Position numbers and translations under genes: made by a program. 64,000 nt of DNA from an uncultured Verrucomicrobiae bacterium (lineage in GTDB: Bacteria; Verrucomicrobiota; Verrucomicrobiia; Chthoniobacterales; JAFAMB01), in NCBI GenBank assembly GCA_963762565.1, contig CAVXLD010000001.1, positions 288,001-352,000 of the forward strand. The letters run 5' to 3'. Position 1 is the stretch's first letter. Every line of letters starts with the position of its first letter. This document shows positions 1-9,876 of the stretch, piece by piece. The notes beneath the pieces were generated by a model that saw only the letters and a list, made by a program, of their open reading frames with translations, was not told the origin of the DNA and did not search any database.

Positions 1-677
1 TTGATTCTCCCAATTGTGAGCCCAACACGCTGGAGGCGGCTTCTGCATGTGAACGAGCTGGCGCTGATGGCATCACCATCCATTTGCGGGCGGATCGGCG
101 GCATATCCAAGATCAGGACGTGTTCCGGCTCAGAAACAGCATCATGACCAAGCTCAACTTGGAACTGGGTAATACATCTGAGATTCTTGAAACCGCCCTT
201 CAAGTCCTGCCGGACGAAGTTTGTCTGGTACCGGAGAACCGGCAGGAAGTCACTACTGAAGGCGGTCTCGACGTGGTCAAGAACGCGAAAACATTACGCA
301 AAACCATTGAGCGTTTACAGTCCGCCGGCATTCGGGTCAGCATGTTCATTGAGCCAATGGGAGAACAGATCGTGGCGGCAGCTGACCTTGGGGCTGAAGT
401 GGTCGAGCTCCACACCGGAGCCTATGCGAACGCCGTTCACGAATTTCGCGAAGATGAGCTCGAGCGACTACGAGCCGCCCAAAAATTGGCGGCTGAGAAA
501 AAGCTGATCGTTAACGCCGGTCACGGAATCAACTATGAAAATGTGCGCCCATTGCTGGGTATTGAAGGTTGGAACGAGTTTAATATCGGCCACTCAATTA
601 TTTCACGCGCGCTTTTCGTAGGTCTGGAAACCGCCGTCAGAGACATGGCCAGGCTCCTAAAGGAGCATGACCAATAG
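1..677 (+). CDS. pdxJ: Pyridoxine 5'-phosphate synthase (5'-partial, runs off window start)
   Basis: Frame is open from position 3; motifs GITIHLRADRRHIQD, LNLE, VCLVPE-x6-TTEGGLDV, VELHTG, NAGHG, EFNIGHSII. Confidence 0.96.
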   Translation, partial: DSPNCEPNTLEAASACERAGADGITIHLRADRRHIQDQDVFRLRNSIMTKLNLELGNTSEILETALQVLPDEVCLVPENRQEVTTEGGLDVVKNAKTLRKTIERLQSAGIRVSMFIEPMGEQIVAAADLGAEVVELHTGAYANAVHEFREDELERLRAAQKLAAEKKLIVNAGHGINYENVRPLLGIEGWNEFNIGHSIISRALFVGLETAVRDMARLLKEHDQ

Positions 678-759
678 CCGATAGCCGATAGCCAACAATA
701 ATCCATGACGTCTCGGAGCCAGTCGCTTTCAAGATTGGCTATTGGCTATGGGCTATTGG
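671..759. repeat. Inverted heptamer tandem-repeat cassette (AATAGCC/GATAGCC x3 ... GGCTATT x3)
   Basis: Left arm 671-695 ccaatagccgatagccgatagccaa; right arm 735-759 is its reverse complement at 23/25 nt. The left arm overlaps the pdxJ stop codon. Confidence 0.9.
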
Positions 760-764
760 TAATG

Positions 765-866
765 CCTGAATATCTCACACTCTCTCTCCCAGATGCGAAC
801 AGGGCGTTGCGTCCTCTAAACCCCAGTATTGACAATACCCAATTAAGAGAGTGTGAGATATTCAGG
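765..866. repeat. Perfect 21-bp inverted repeat with 60-bp core
   Basis: cctgaatatctcacactctct (765-785) / agagagtgtgagatattcagg (846-866); ends 2 nt before the acpS ATG. Confidence 0.9.
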
Positions 867-868
867 TC

Positions 869-1276
869 ATGGTGTTCGGTATCGGCATCGATGTTGTAGA
901 AAATGAGCGAATCTCGGATTCGATCCGACGCCACGGCCAGCGGTTTGTCGATCGTGTGTTTCACACTAGTGAAATCGACTACTGTCGTTCCATGAAAAAC
1001 CCGGCGCCTCATTTCGCGGCGAGATTTGCCGCCAAAGAGGCGGTCTCGAAGGCCTTTGGGACCGGCTTTTCCCAGGAAGTGAGCTGGCGTGATATCGAGA
1101 TCGGTCGCAAACCGAGTGGGGAACCGTTTGTGATCCTGCACGGAGGCGCTGCCGCTTTGGCTGATCGCCTTCGAATTCGCTCCATCCTCGTTAGTTTGAG
1201 TCACACGGAGAACTACGCGGTAGCGAATGCGCTGCTAATGACCGAAGAATCCGGACGAGAAGAAGATAAAACGTGA
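869..1276 (+). CDS. acpS: Holo-[acyl-carrier-protein] synthase
   Basis: GIGIDVVE, FAARFAAKEAVSKAFGTG, G-x-P, VSLSH motifs; follows pdxJ. Confidence 0.96.
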   Translation: MVFGIGIDVVENERISDSIRRHGQRFVDRVFHTSEIDYCRSMKNPAPHFAARFAAKEAVSKAFGTGFSQEVSWRDIEIGRKPSGEPFVILHGGAAALADRLRIRSILVSLSHTENYAVANALLMTEESGREEDKT

Positions 1277-1301
1277 ATGGGTTATGGCTGTCTTTCGTCC
1301 G

Positions 1302-1376
1302 AATGACAAATGACAAATCACAGATGACAAACAAGACAATCGACAATCTGTCATTTGTCATCTGTCATCTGTCATT
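1302..1376. repeat. Inverted heptamer tandem-repeat cassette (ATGACAA x4 ... TGTCATY x4)
   Basis: aatgacaaatgacaaatcacagatgacaa (1302-1330) facing tctgtcatttgtcatctgtcatctgtcatt (1347-1376). Confidence 0.9.
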
Positions 1377-1381
1377 GGGCT

Positions 1382-2113
1382 ATGGATGCCGACTACAAAG
1401 TTAAGATCGAAGTCTTCGAGGGACCGCTGGACCTGCTTCTCTACCTCATTAAGAAAGAAGAGGTCGACATCTACTCCGTATCGATCGAGCGCATCACGAA
1501 TCAATACCTGGAATACCTCAACACTTTCCGGATGCTGGATCTCGATATTGCCGGCGAGTTCGTAGTGATGGCTGCAAATCTAATCTACATCAAAAGCCGG
1601 AGCCTATTACCGGCCGATCAGCAAGCGGCGGACGAGGAAGCCGACGAAGAAGATCCTAGATGGGACCTCATCCGGCAATTGATCGAATATAAGAAATTCA
1701 AGGATGTCGCGCTTCATTTGCACCGGTGCGAAGTTCTCCAGGAAGGAATTATCCCGCGGGTCGCGGGAAAGCCGGCAGTGACTGACGCGGAAACGCTGCT
1801 GAAAGACGAAGTCGGGATTTTCGACCTGATCACCGCATTTCAGAAGGTTCTTAAGAGACTTGAAAACCGGCGAGAAGATCTGCGCGAGATTTTCGAAGAA
1901 AACTTCACCGTCTCCGAAAAAATCGATTATATCCTGGAAACCATTCTTTCCGGCGCAAGGGTCGCATTTTCCAGCCTTTTCGCGACGGCGGCTAGCCGTA
2001 CTGAAATTGTCGTAACTTTCCTCGCCCTGCTCGAATTGATCCGTTTAAAGCAACTTCGAGTGACCCAACAAGCGGCGTTTTCCGATATCGAGATCGAGCG
2101 TATTGGGGTGTAG
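1382..2113 (+). CDS. scpA: Segregation and condensation protein A (kleisin)
   Basis: FEGPLDLLLYLI, EFVVMAANLIYIKSRSLLP, IVVTFLALLELI. Start moved to ATG 1382 because the ORF-track extension is repeat-derived. Confidence 0.95.
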   Translation: MDADYKVKIEVFEGPLDLLLYLIKKEEVDIYSVSIERITNQYLEYLNTFRMLDLDIAGEFVVMAANLIYIKSRSLLPADQQAADEEADEEDPRWDLIRQLIEYKKFKDVALHLHRCEVLQEGIIPRVAGKPAVTDAETLLKDEVGIFDLITAFQKVLKRLENRREDLREIFEENFTVSEKIDYILETILSGARVAFSSLFATAASRTEIVVTFLALLELIRLKQLRVTQQAAFSDIEIERIGV

Positions 2114-2144
2114 CCTTCGTCGATATCGACGCGAGGCGATTGAT

Positions 2145-2428
2145 GCCGCGAAGCGGCTGTGTCCCGAAGGGACTCAATGGGAGGTAGCCAGGAGGGGCAC
2201 GGTGTGGCTCTATAGCAGTCGTTCTCGTCCTCGTCCTCGGAAGCGCGGCAGCCCCTTGGTTCCGTTAGGCCCTGCATCGGTCTCTCGGGAGTCGAAAGTC
2301 CAGAGGCTCCACGAACCCAGGCAGAAATCGCCCTCGAGGACGAGGACGACGACGAGGACGAGAACGATTACGATCGACCAGCGGCGCGTCCTCCTGGCGC
2401 TACCTTCATTCAGTCCCTCCGGGACACA
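2145..2428. repeat. Nested inverted-repeat cassette (outer GTCCCGAAGGGAC REP-like arms, inner CGAGGA/CGAGAA hexamer arms)
   Basis: Outer arms 2158-2195 / 2390-2428; inner arms 2217-2239 / 2335-2369; unique core of about 95 bp. Confidence 0.9.
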
Positions 2429-2497
2429 CGCTTCACCGCCTCCAGCGATGCGGGCTTTTCTCACGCGAAAACTGCGCTAATCTGGCAATTCCGGATC

Positions 2498-3247
2498 ATG
2501 GTTACTTTGAAGGCCGTTGTCGAAGCGTTGTTGTTTAGTTCTCAGAGACCCCTCACTGCGAAAGAGATTTTGCAAGTGGTCCGCCTGGGAACAGAATACG
2601 CTTCCGAGGAGGAACAAGAGATCTTCAAGGGAATGACAGAGGCAACGATCCAACACACCCTGGCTGAGCTAAGCAACGAATATCAGCAGCTTGAACGAGC
2701 TTTCCAGCTGGTTGAACAGATCAACGGCTGGCAATTAACCACCAAACCGGAACATCAAACCTGGGTCCGGCAGTTATTTCCGGATTTGCGGCCCACGCGG
2801 CTGAGCCCACCAGCCCTGGAGACGCTAGCGATCGTGGCTTATCGCCAACCAGTGACTAAAGCAGATATCGAGGCAATCCGAGGGGTCGCGGTGGACGGGG
2901 TTATGCAACGGCTTCTCGATGTCGGTATGCTAAAAATTGCCGGACGAGCCGAGATCCCAGGACGCCCCCTCTTATACGAGACCACCCAACATTTCATGGA
3001 ACATTTCGGCATAAAGACTCTGGATGAACTGCCGAATGCCTCCGAGCTCCGGTTCGTGCCATTACCAGACGGGAACACAGGCCCAACCAACGGACCTGAG
3101 CCAGCAGGACTATTTACGGAATCGGGCCAGGAACAACCTCCGGAACCGTCGCCGGACAATGCGACACCAGACAAAGTGTCAGAGAATCTGCCTGAAGTAG
3201 TGGCTGAATCGGAAGCCCCCATCGATCAAGGCATCAACAAGGAATAA
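2498..3247 (+). CDS. scpB: SMC-Scp complex subunit ScpB
   Basis: LKAVVEALLF, LSPPALETLAIVAYRQPVTKADIEAIRGV, GRPLLYETT, FG...LDELP. Confidence 0.96.
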   Translation: MVTLKAVVEALLFSSQRPLTAKEILQVVRLGTEYASEEEQEIFKGMTEATIQHTLAELSNEYQQLERAFQLVEQINGWQLTTKPEHQTWVRQLFPDLRPTRLSPPALETLAIVAYRQPVTKADIEAIRGVAVDGVMQRLLDVGMLKIAGRAEIPGRPLLYETTQHFMEHFGIKTLDELPNASELRFVPLPDGNTGPTNGPEPAGLFTESGQEQPPEPSPDNATPDKVSENLPEVVAESEAPIDQGINKE

Positions 3248-3248
3248 G

Positions 3249-4331
3249 ATGGAAGCTAAACTTTCGCTCGAGGAAATTCGTACCCACATAGATCAGCTCG
3301 ACACCGAGCTTTTGCGCCTCCTCAATGAGCGGGCAGATCTGGTTCATGAGATCGGCACGATCAAGAGAACCGCCGGACTCCCGATCTACGCGCCGGAACG
3401 AGAAGAATCTCTCCTCCAGGCTTTGACCCAGAAAAACAAGGGTCGCCTCCCCACTGAAGCCATTAGAGCAATTTATCGGGAAATCATGTCTGCCTCTTTG
3501 GCTCTGGAGAAAGACCTGACTATCGCTTTTCTCGGTCCGGAAGCCACCTGGACCCACCAAGCGGCGCGATCAAAATTCGGTCTTTCCGTCAAGTATGCCC
3601 CTGAGTCCGGCATTGGCGACGTCTTCGCTCGAGTCACTCGCGGGACCGCCGATTACGGGGTTGTACCGATCGAAAACTCGTTAGAGGGGGCTGTGAATCA
3701 CACGCTCGACGTGTTCATGGACTCAGAACTTAAAATCTGCGCACAGATTCTTCTCCGGATCCGGAATGACTTTTTATCGAAGTGGCCTCGTGAGCAGATC
3801 AAGAAAATCTATTCGCATCCGCAGGTCTTCGGCCAGTGCCGTCTATGGCTTCAGGAAAACGCGCGAGACCTTGAGCTAGTTGAAGTCTCTAGTACGACTC
3901 GGGCGGCTCAAATTGCAGCCGCCGAACCAGAGGCAGCAGCTTTGGCCAGTTCAATGGCAGCAGAAGTCTACGGCTTGCAAATTCTGGAACCGTCGGTTCA
4001 AGACAGCCCAAACAACACAACTCGATTCCTGGTCATCTCGCCTTCAGGTTGCCCGGTAACCGGCAACGACAAAACCTCGCTCATGTTCTCGATTCAAGAC
4101 CAGGTGGGAGCCCTCTACTCTGCCCTAGAGCCATTTAGCCGCCTGAAGCTGAGCATGAGCAAGATCGAAAGCCGGCCCTCAAAGCGAAAGAACTGGGAAT
4201 ACTTCTTTTTTGTCGACGTTGAAGGTCACATCGATGATCCAGTCGTCGCGGATGCCGTCAAAGAGCTCGGCGAACACTGCACCTTCGTAAAAGTCCTCGG
4301 CAGCTACCCGAGAACGGAGCTCCCGAGCTAG
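3249..4331 (+). CDS. pheA: Bifunctional chorismate mutase/prephenate dehydratase
   Basis: N-terminal CM domain (IDQLD...LLNERA), FLGPEAT, VPIENSLEG, SHPQ, NTTRF, SKIESRP ACT domain, VLGSYP. Confidence 0.96.
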   Translation: MEAKLSLEEIRTHIDQLDTELLRLLNERADLVHEIGTIKRTAGLPIYAPEREESLLQALTQKNKGRLPTEAIRAIYREIMSASLALEKDLTIAFLGPEATWTHQAARSKFGLSVKYAPESGIGDVFARVTRGTADYGVVPIENSLEGAVNHTLDVFMDSELKICAQILLRIRNDFLSKWPREQIKKIYSHPQVFGQCRLWLQENARDLELVEVSSTTRAAQIAAAEPEAAALASSMAAEVYGLQILEPSVQDSPNNTTRFLVISPSGCPVTGNDKTSLMFSIQDQVGALYSALEPFSRLKLSMSKIESRPSKRKNWEYFFFVDVEGHIDDPVVADAVKELGEHCTFVKVLGSYPRTELPS

Positions 4332-4352
4332 GTCAGAAGTTGGGGGTTGCTG

Positions 4353-4525
4353 GTTACGAGTTACGGGTTACGGGTTACGAGTTACGAGTTGGGGGTTGTC
4401 AGTCGGATCGGCGAGCATCGCCGAGGACGGCAAACATATAAGTCCTATAGGTCATATAGGTCCTATTTAGGCCACCACCCAGCGGTCGCCTTACCTCAAA
4501 CCCGCAACGCGCCACACTCAAACTC
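4353..4525. repeat. Heptamer array GTTACGR x5 with internal TATAGGTCC nonamer array and degenerate inverted arm
   Basis: gttacga/gttacgg x5 at 4353-4387; tataagtcc-tataggtca-tataggtcc at 4437-4466; degenerate aacccgcaacgcg...aaactc arm near 4499-4525. Confidence 0.8.
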
Positions 4526-5102
4526 ATTTGCCGACGTAGATCGCGTCATTCGGCCATTCGGACTGGATATAGCCTTTGCACATGTTCACAATCGGGATGT
4601 AGTTCCGCATCACCCGAACCGGTGACAATAGGCGGATCGTCGAAATCGACTCGATCGAGTCGCTTCCGTGATTCTTCAGTAGCCCAGGAATCAGCTCTTC
4701 GTGCGTTCTCTGCACGATGTCCAAGTCGCTATTTCCGTCCACGAACAACAGCAAGGCCACTTTTCCATCGATCTCCGCGATATGGCTTTCGAAGATGGTT
4801 TCCGTGAATACCTGCTGCTGATTCGATTCTCGGCGAATATCCTGAATCAACTGGTTGTAGGTGATTCCTACCCTGAATTTGATAATGTAAAGGTGACGCG
4901 CGTTGTACTGCTTCGTGCCATCGCCAGAGAGATCGACATTCGTGTAATAGGACAGAATTCCTTCCTGTTCGAGACGGTCTCGTTTTCGGCTAACGGTCCG
5001 AACATTCACTCCGGTTACCTCACCGACTCCGTTGTCTGACTCTCTCGGATCTCGGATTAATTGACGAACTATTGCCTTTTCTTGCTCATCCAGGATTCTC
5101 AT
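4524..5102 (-). CDS. Lrp/AsnC-like winged-helix transcriptional regulator
   Basis: N-terminal LDEQEKAIVRQLIRDPRES...VNVRTVSRKRDRLEQEGIL matches the AsnC-type HTH pattern; C-terminal domain atypical; divergent from gltB. Confidence 0.7.
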   Translation of the reverse strand: MRILDEQEKAIVRQLIRDPRESDNGVGEVTGVNVRTVSRKRDRLEQEGILSYYTNVDLSGDGTKQYNARHLYIIKFRVGITYNQLIQDIRRESNQQQVFTETIFESHIAEIDGKVALLLFVDGNSDLDIVQRTHEELIPGLLKNHGSDSIESISTIRLLSPVRVMRNYIPIVNMCKGYIQSEWPNDAIYVGK

Positions 5103-5295
5103 GCAAAGGTCGATAAACGGGTTAAGTGCGCGCACTGGCATGTTCCCTCTGCATGCCCGCTGCGCCGTCTATGTCGCTCTCGTAAGAAATAATCTAGTTT
5201 TTCCGCGTCCGCGACTAGAAATTGCCGTATTACGCCCCAGTTTAGTCTTGAAACATGCAGTTTTACCCTTAGGTTCACCGGTTTTTGCGTAAAAA

Positions 5296-8200
5296 ATGAA
5301 GGATGGGATTACACAAGCGTTGCGGAATGCTCCGGCCTCGCTTTACGACCCGAGCGAAGAGCATGACTCCTGTGGAGTCGGTTTTGTCGCTTCGGTCAAA
5401 GGGGAGCGTTCGAATCGAGTACTACACCTTGGGCTGACTTCGGTCTGCAACATGGTTCATAGAGGGGCCGTCGACGCCGATGCTAAAACCGGCGACGGAT
5501 CCGGGATCTTAACTCAGATTCCGTACAAGATTTTTCGCCGCGAAGTCACGCGTCTGGGACATACGCTTTATAATGATTCCGATCTGGCAATTGGCTCGGT
5601 CTTCTTGCCGCACGACAATGCTTACGCTCAGGCCAGAGCCAAGTCGGTAATAGAAGACGTTCTTACGGCCCGGCAGCTTTTCCAATTCGGCTGGCGAGAG
5701 GTACCGCTTCATATCGGTGTACTCGGCGAAAAAGCGCAGCTAACGATGCCCCGCATCGAGCAGGTCTTGATCGGTCGACCGGCCGACATGGATGACGATG
5801 TATACGAGAGGCAGCTCTTTCTGGCGCGTAACGAGATCGAAAAGCGGGCCCAGTTAGATAACATCCGCCATTTCTACATCAATTCGTTCTCCCATCGAGT
5901 CGTGATCTATAAAGGGCTGCTGACTGCGGTTTCTCTGGAGAAATTTTATCGTGACCTCACCGATCCCGACTATGAGACCGCAATCTGCCTGTTTCACGAA
6001 CGGTACAGCACCAACACCTTCCCTACCTGGGCGCTGAGCCAACCGTTCCGGTTTCTGGCTCACAACGGCGAGATCAATACGATTCGCGGAAACCGCAACT
6101 GGATGCGCGCTCGCGAGTCCGAGTTGATGGCGGACTTCTGGAAGCAGGACATAGACCTGTTAAAGCCGATCATCCAACCTGGCGGCTCAGACTCTGCCAG
6201 TCTGGATAACGCGCTCGAAGTATTAACTATGTCGGGCCGGGATCTGCTCCACGCGATGACGATGCTCGTTCCGCCAGCTTGGCGAGCAGATGACCTCATG
6301 TCACCAGAGGTGAAGGCATTCTACGAATATCAATCCTGCTTTAACGAGCCCTGGGACGGTCCCGCTGGTCTTGTTTTCAGCAACGGCTTAGTGGCAGCAG
6401 CTTGCCTAGACCGCAACGGACTTCGGCCAGCTCGCTATAAGCTGACCGAGGACGGCATTTTCCTTCTCGCGTCCGAGGTCGGCTGCGTTGAGCTCGACGA
6501 AGCGGACGTAATTGAAAAGGGGCGGCTAGCTCCTGGAACAATGGTCGCGGTCGACACTCAGGCCGGAGTGCTCCTGCGCGATACCGAAATCAAAGAGAGG
6601 TTAGCGCGACGCAAACCTTACAGTGACTGGGTCAAAGCCAACCTACTCCGGTTGCAAGAGGTCGCTGGACGCACCATCCCTGAGCCGGCGAACGATTTAG
6701 ACATTCTCGGGTTAAGCCAACGCCAGGTTGCTTTCGGCTACACCACCGAAGAACTGGAAATGGTATTCAAGCCGATGGCAAAGGACGGCCAAGAAGCCCT
6801 GGGATCCATGGGCGATGATACCCCTCTGGCAGTGCTTTCGTTGCAGCCACGCTTGCTCTACACCTATTTCTGTCAGTTGTTCGCCCAGGTCACCAATCCT
6901 CCGATCGATCCGATCAGGGAGCGATTGGTGATGTCGCTGGCCACTCCTATGGGTTGGCGGCGCAATTTGTTTGGCGAGACGCCGGAGCATGCAAAGCTCG
7001 TCTTTTCCGAGTCGCCAGTCTTGTTCCCACATGAACTCGAGGCACTGAAACACCTCGCCGACCCCGAACATAAAGCCGTCACTATTCCGGTCTGCTGGCT
7101 CGAAAGCGAGGGTCCGGGAGGACTCGAGGCAGCGGTGAACCGAATTTCGATCGAAGCTGAGCACGCTGTTGACGCAGGCTGCCGGCTAATCGTTCTCTCC
7201 GATCAATGCGTCGAGCACGATAAAGTTGCGGTTCCCATGCTTCTCGCGGTCGGCGCGGTACATCACCACTTGATCCGGGTTGGCAAAAGAATGAAGTGCA
7301 GCCTGATCGCCGAGACCGGAGAAGCGCGCGATGTTCATCAGATCGCTAGCGTGATTGCCTACGGAGCCAGCGCCGTATGTCCCTATCTAGCGTTCGAAAC
7401 GATCCGGGAACTCCTCTTCCGAAAAGAGCTCGGTGAGGATGCGACCTTCGACAAAGCGGCCAGAAAATATCGATCGGCTATTGAAAAAGGGCTTCTGAAA
7501 ATCATGTCGAAGATGGGTATCTCGGTGATCGGGAGTTATCGGGGAGCCCAGATTTTTGAGGCGATCGGTCTTAGCTCTGACCTGATCGACAAATGTTTCG
7601 CCGGAACTCCGTCGAAGATCGATGGAATTGGTTTGACGGAGATCGCAATTGAGACCCTCACTCGCCACCAAAAAGCTTATGCCAAGGCAGTGCCCGAAGA
7701 GGGAACAGCCAGCGTGGCCTTGGAGGACCCGGGGTTCTATCGCTTCCGGCGTCAGGGTGAAGCACACGCGATCACGCCTCCGGTCATTAAGAATTTCCAT
7801 ACCTTCGTAAAATCGAATAAGCCGGAGGACTACAGAGCTTACGTCGACGCCATCAGAGCGGGGCGCCCAAATGCTCTTCGAGACCTACTGGAGCTGGCGC
7901 CGAGCGGCCGGGGACCCATTCCGATTGACGAAGTCGAACCGATCGAAGAGATCCGGCGGCGATTCACGACCGCCGGTATGTCGCTCGGAGCGTTGAGCCC
8001 GGAAGCACACGAATGTCTCGCTATCGCCATGAATCGAATCGGCGGTAAATCCAATTCGGGCGAGGGCGGTGAGGATCCGGAGCGCGTACACCGGCGACCG
8101 AACGGTGATTGGCCGAATAGCGCGATTAAGCAAGTCGCAGCCGGACGGTTCGGCGTAACCGCCACCTATCTAGCAGCCGCCAAAGAGATCGAGATTAAGA

Positions 8201-9873
8201 TGGCGCAAGGAGCCAAGCCGGGAGAAGGCGGTCAATTACCGGGACACAAAGTCAGCGAGCTGATTGCCAGGCTGCGAAAGAGTACTCCGGGTGTCGCTTT
8301 GATTTCACCGCCACCGCACCATGACATTTACTCGATTGAGGACCTGGCTCAGCTGATTTACGACCTCAAACAAGTCAATCCGCGGGCAAAGGTTTGCGTT
8401 AAGCTGGTGGCTGAGGCGGGGGTTGGCACGATCGCCGCCGGCGTTGCCAAGGCACACGCAGACATTATCCTGATCAGCGGGCACGAAGGCGGGACCGGAG
8501 CGTCGCCGTTGAGCTCCATCAAACATGCGGGCAGCGCCTGGGAACTCGGTGTTTCTGAAGCGCATCAAGTGCTACTGCTGAACGGTCTGCGGAATCGGAT
8601 TGTTCTTCGCGCCGACGGAGGTTTGCGCACCGGTGAAGATATTGTCTTTGCCGCGCTGTTGGGAGCTGAGGAATTCAACTTCGGCACTACGGCTTTGATT
8701 GCGTCCGGCTGCGTTTATGTCCGGCAATGCCATCTGAATACTTGCCCGGTCGGCGTCGCCACCCAGGACGAACGGCTGCGAGCGAAGTTCAAGGGTAAGC
8801 CGGAGAACGTGGTTAACTTTTTCAACGCGGTCGCCCAGGAGGTTCGTGAGATCATGGCGCAGCTCGGTCTAGCGACATTCAACGAGTTAGTCGGCCGGGT
8901 TGAGTGGCTGAGGCAGCGGGAGATCGAGGATCATCCCAAAGCCAACAAGCTAAACCTGACACGTTTACTCGCGAACGTTGCCAAAGACGACGAAACCTTA
9001 GCTCGGCACAACACCTGGGATCGAAATGACCCGCCTTGGGGCCGTCGCTTAGATGACGTCATCTTGCAGGATGCTCGCGAGGCCGTTAACGATCAGTTGC
9101 CAGTTTCGCTCAGCTATCGGATCAAGAATACGAACCGGACGGTCGGCGGTAAACTCTCCGGCGAGATCGCTTACCTCTGGGGCGAACAAGGTCTTCCGGA
9201 AGGAACGATTGAACTGAAGCTATCTGGCAGCGCCGGCCAAAGTTTCGGCGCCTTTCTTACGCGAGGCGTCAAGTTGATCCTGACCGGCGAGGCGAACGAC
9301 TACGTCGGTAAAGGGATGAGCGGCGGCGAGATCATTATCAGACCGTTCAGCGAACGCAAATACCTGGCCCGGGAAAACTCGATCATTGGCAATACCTGTC
9401 TGTATGGCGGTACCGGGGGAGAGTTTTTTGCAGCCGGCCGCGCCGGAGAGCGTTTTGCGGTTAGAAACTCGGGTGTTACTGCGGTGATCGAGGGCGTGGG
9501 AGACCACGGCTGCGAATACATGACCCGCGGTATTGCGGTCATCCTCGGGCCGACTGGAAAGAATTTCGGGGCCGGTATGACCGGTGGTGTAGCCTACATT
9601 CTTGACCAGGACTCGGCCTTGAAGCGGAACCTGAACCCGGAATTGGTGCTGATGGAGGCGCTAACCGATGAGACAGACGTAGTCCTGGTGAAGGAGCTCG
9701 TTTATAAACATTTGGAACGGACCGAGAGCGAGCTAGCTAAAGAGATCCTCGCGGATTGGGCGTCTTTTCAACAGAAGTTCTGGAAGGTTCGGCCAATTTA
9801 CGTACCATCTGTTCAACCGGTTGCTCCAGCCCCCGGCCAGTTAATCGAAAAAGCAACCAGCGTCGACAAATAG
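5296..9873 (+). CDS. gltB: Glutamate synthase large subunit
   Basis: EHDSCGVGF (catalytic Cys), HRGA, YSTNT, AHNGEINT, PWDGP, GAKPGEGGQLPG, 3Fe-4S motif CVYVRQCHLNTCPVGVATQ, GXGXG domain; 1525 aa. Confidence 0.97.
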   Translation: MKDGITQALRNAPASLYDPSEEHDSCGVGFVASVKGERSNRVLHLGLTSVCNMVHRGAVDADAKTGDGSGILTQIPYKIFRREVTRLGHTLYNDSDLAIGSVFLPHDNAYAQARAKSVIEDVLTARQLFQFGWREVPLHIGVLGEKAQLTMPRIEQVLIGRPADMDDDVYERQLFLARNEIEKRAQLDNIRHFYINSFSHRVVIYKGLLTAVSLEKFYRDLTDPDYETAICLFHERYSTNTFPTWALSQPFRFLAHNGEINTIRGNRNWMRARESELMADFWKQDIDLLKPIIQPGGSDSASLDNALEVLTMSGRDLLHAMTMLVPPAWRADDLMSPEVKAFYEYQSCFNEPWDGPAGLVFSNGLVAAACLDRNGLRPARYKLTEDGIFLLASEVGCVELDEADVIEKGRLAPGTMVAVDTQAGVLLRDTEIKERLARRKPYSDWVKANLLRLQEVAGRTIPEPANDLDILGLSQRQVAFGYTTEELEMVFKPMAKDGQEALGSMGDDTPLAVLSLQPRLLYTYFCQLFAQVTNPPIDPIRERLVMSLATPMGWRRNLFGETPEHAKLVFSESPVLFPHELEALKHLADPEHKAVTIPVCWLESEGPGGLEAAVNRISIEAEHAVDAGCRLIVLSDQCVEHDKVAVPMLLAVGAVHHHLIRVGKRMKCSLIAETGEARDVHQIASVIAYGASAVCPYLAFETIRELLFRKELGEDATFDKAARKYRSAIEKGLLKIMSKMGISVIGSYRGAQIFEAIGLSSDLIDKCFAGTPSKIDGIGLTEIAIETLTRHQKAYAKAVPEEGTASVALEDPGFYRFRRQGEAHAITPPVIKNFHTFVKSNKPEDYRAYVDAIRAGRPNALRDLLELAPSGRGPIPIDEVEPIEEIRRRFTTAGMSLGALSPEAHECLAIAMNRIGGKSNSGEGGEDPERVHRRPNGDWPNSAIKQVAAGRFGVTATYLAAAKEIEIKMAQGAKPGEGGQLPGHKVSELIARLRKSTPGVALISPPPHHDIYSIEDLAQLIYDLKQVNPRAKVCVKLVAEAGVGTIAAGVAKAHADIILISGHEGGTGASPLSSIKHAGSAWELGVSEAHQVLLLNGLRNRIVLRADGGLRTGEDIVFAALLGAEEFNFGTTALIASGCVYVRQCHLNTCPVGVATQDERLRAKFKGKPENVVNFFNAVAQEVREIMAQLGLATFNELVGRVEWLRQREIEDHPKANKLNLTRLLANVAKDDETLARHNTWDRNDPPWGRRLDDVILQDAREAVNDQLPVSLSYRIKNTNRTVGGKLSGEIAYLWGEQGLPEGTIELKLSGSAGQSFGAFLTRGVKLILTGEANDYVGKGMSGGEIIIRPFSERKYLARENSIIGNTCLYGGTGGEFFAAGRAGERFAVRNSGVTAVIEGVGDHGCEYMTRGIAVILGPTGKNFGAGMTGGVAYILDQDSALKRNLNPELVLMEALTDETDVVLVKELVYKHLERTESELAKEILADWASFQQKFWKVRPIYVPSVQPVAPAPGQLIEKATSVDK

Positions 9874-9876
9874 CCT

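Noticed and set aside
2103..2480. ORFs 2103..2480 (+) and 2210..2464 (-), and similar ORFs at 4347, 10238, 12415, 16015, 21132, 24667, 28041, 30707, 34099, 38686 and 46481
   Set aside because: They translate intergenic repeat cassettes (RTRTTTRTRT, SYRSYRSY, QITQITQI and similar) with no protein-family motifs.
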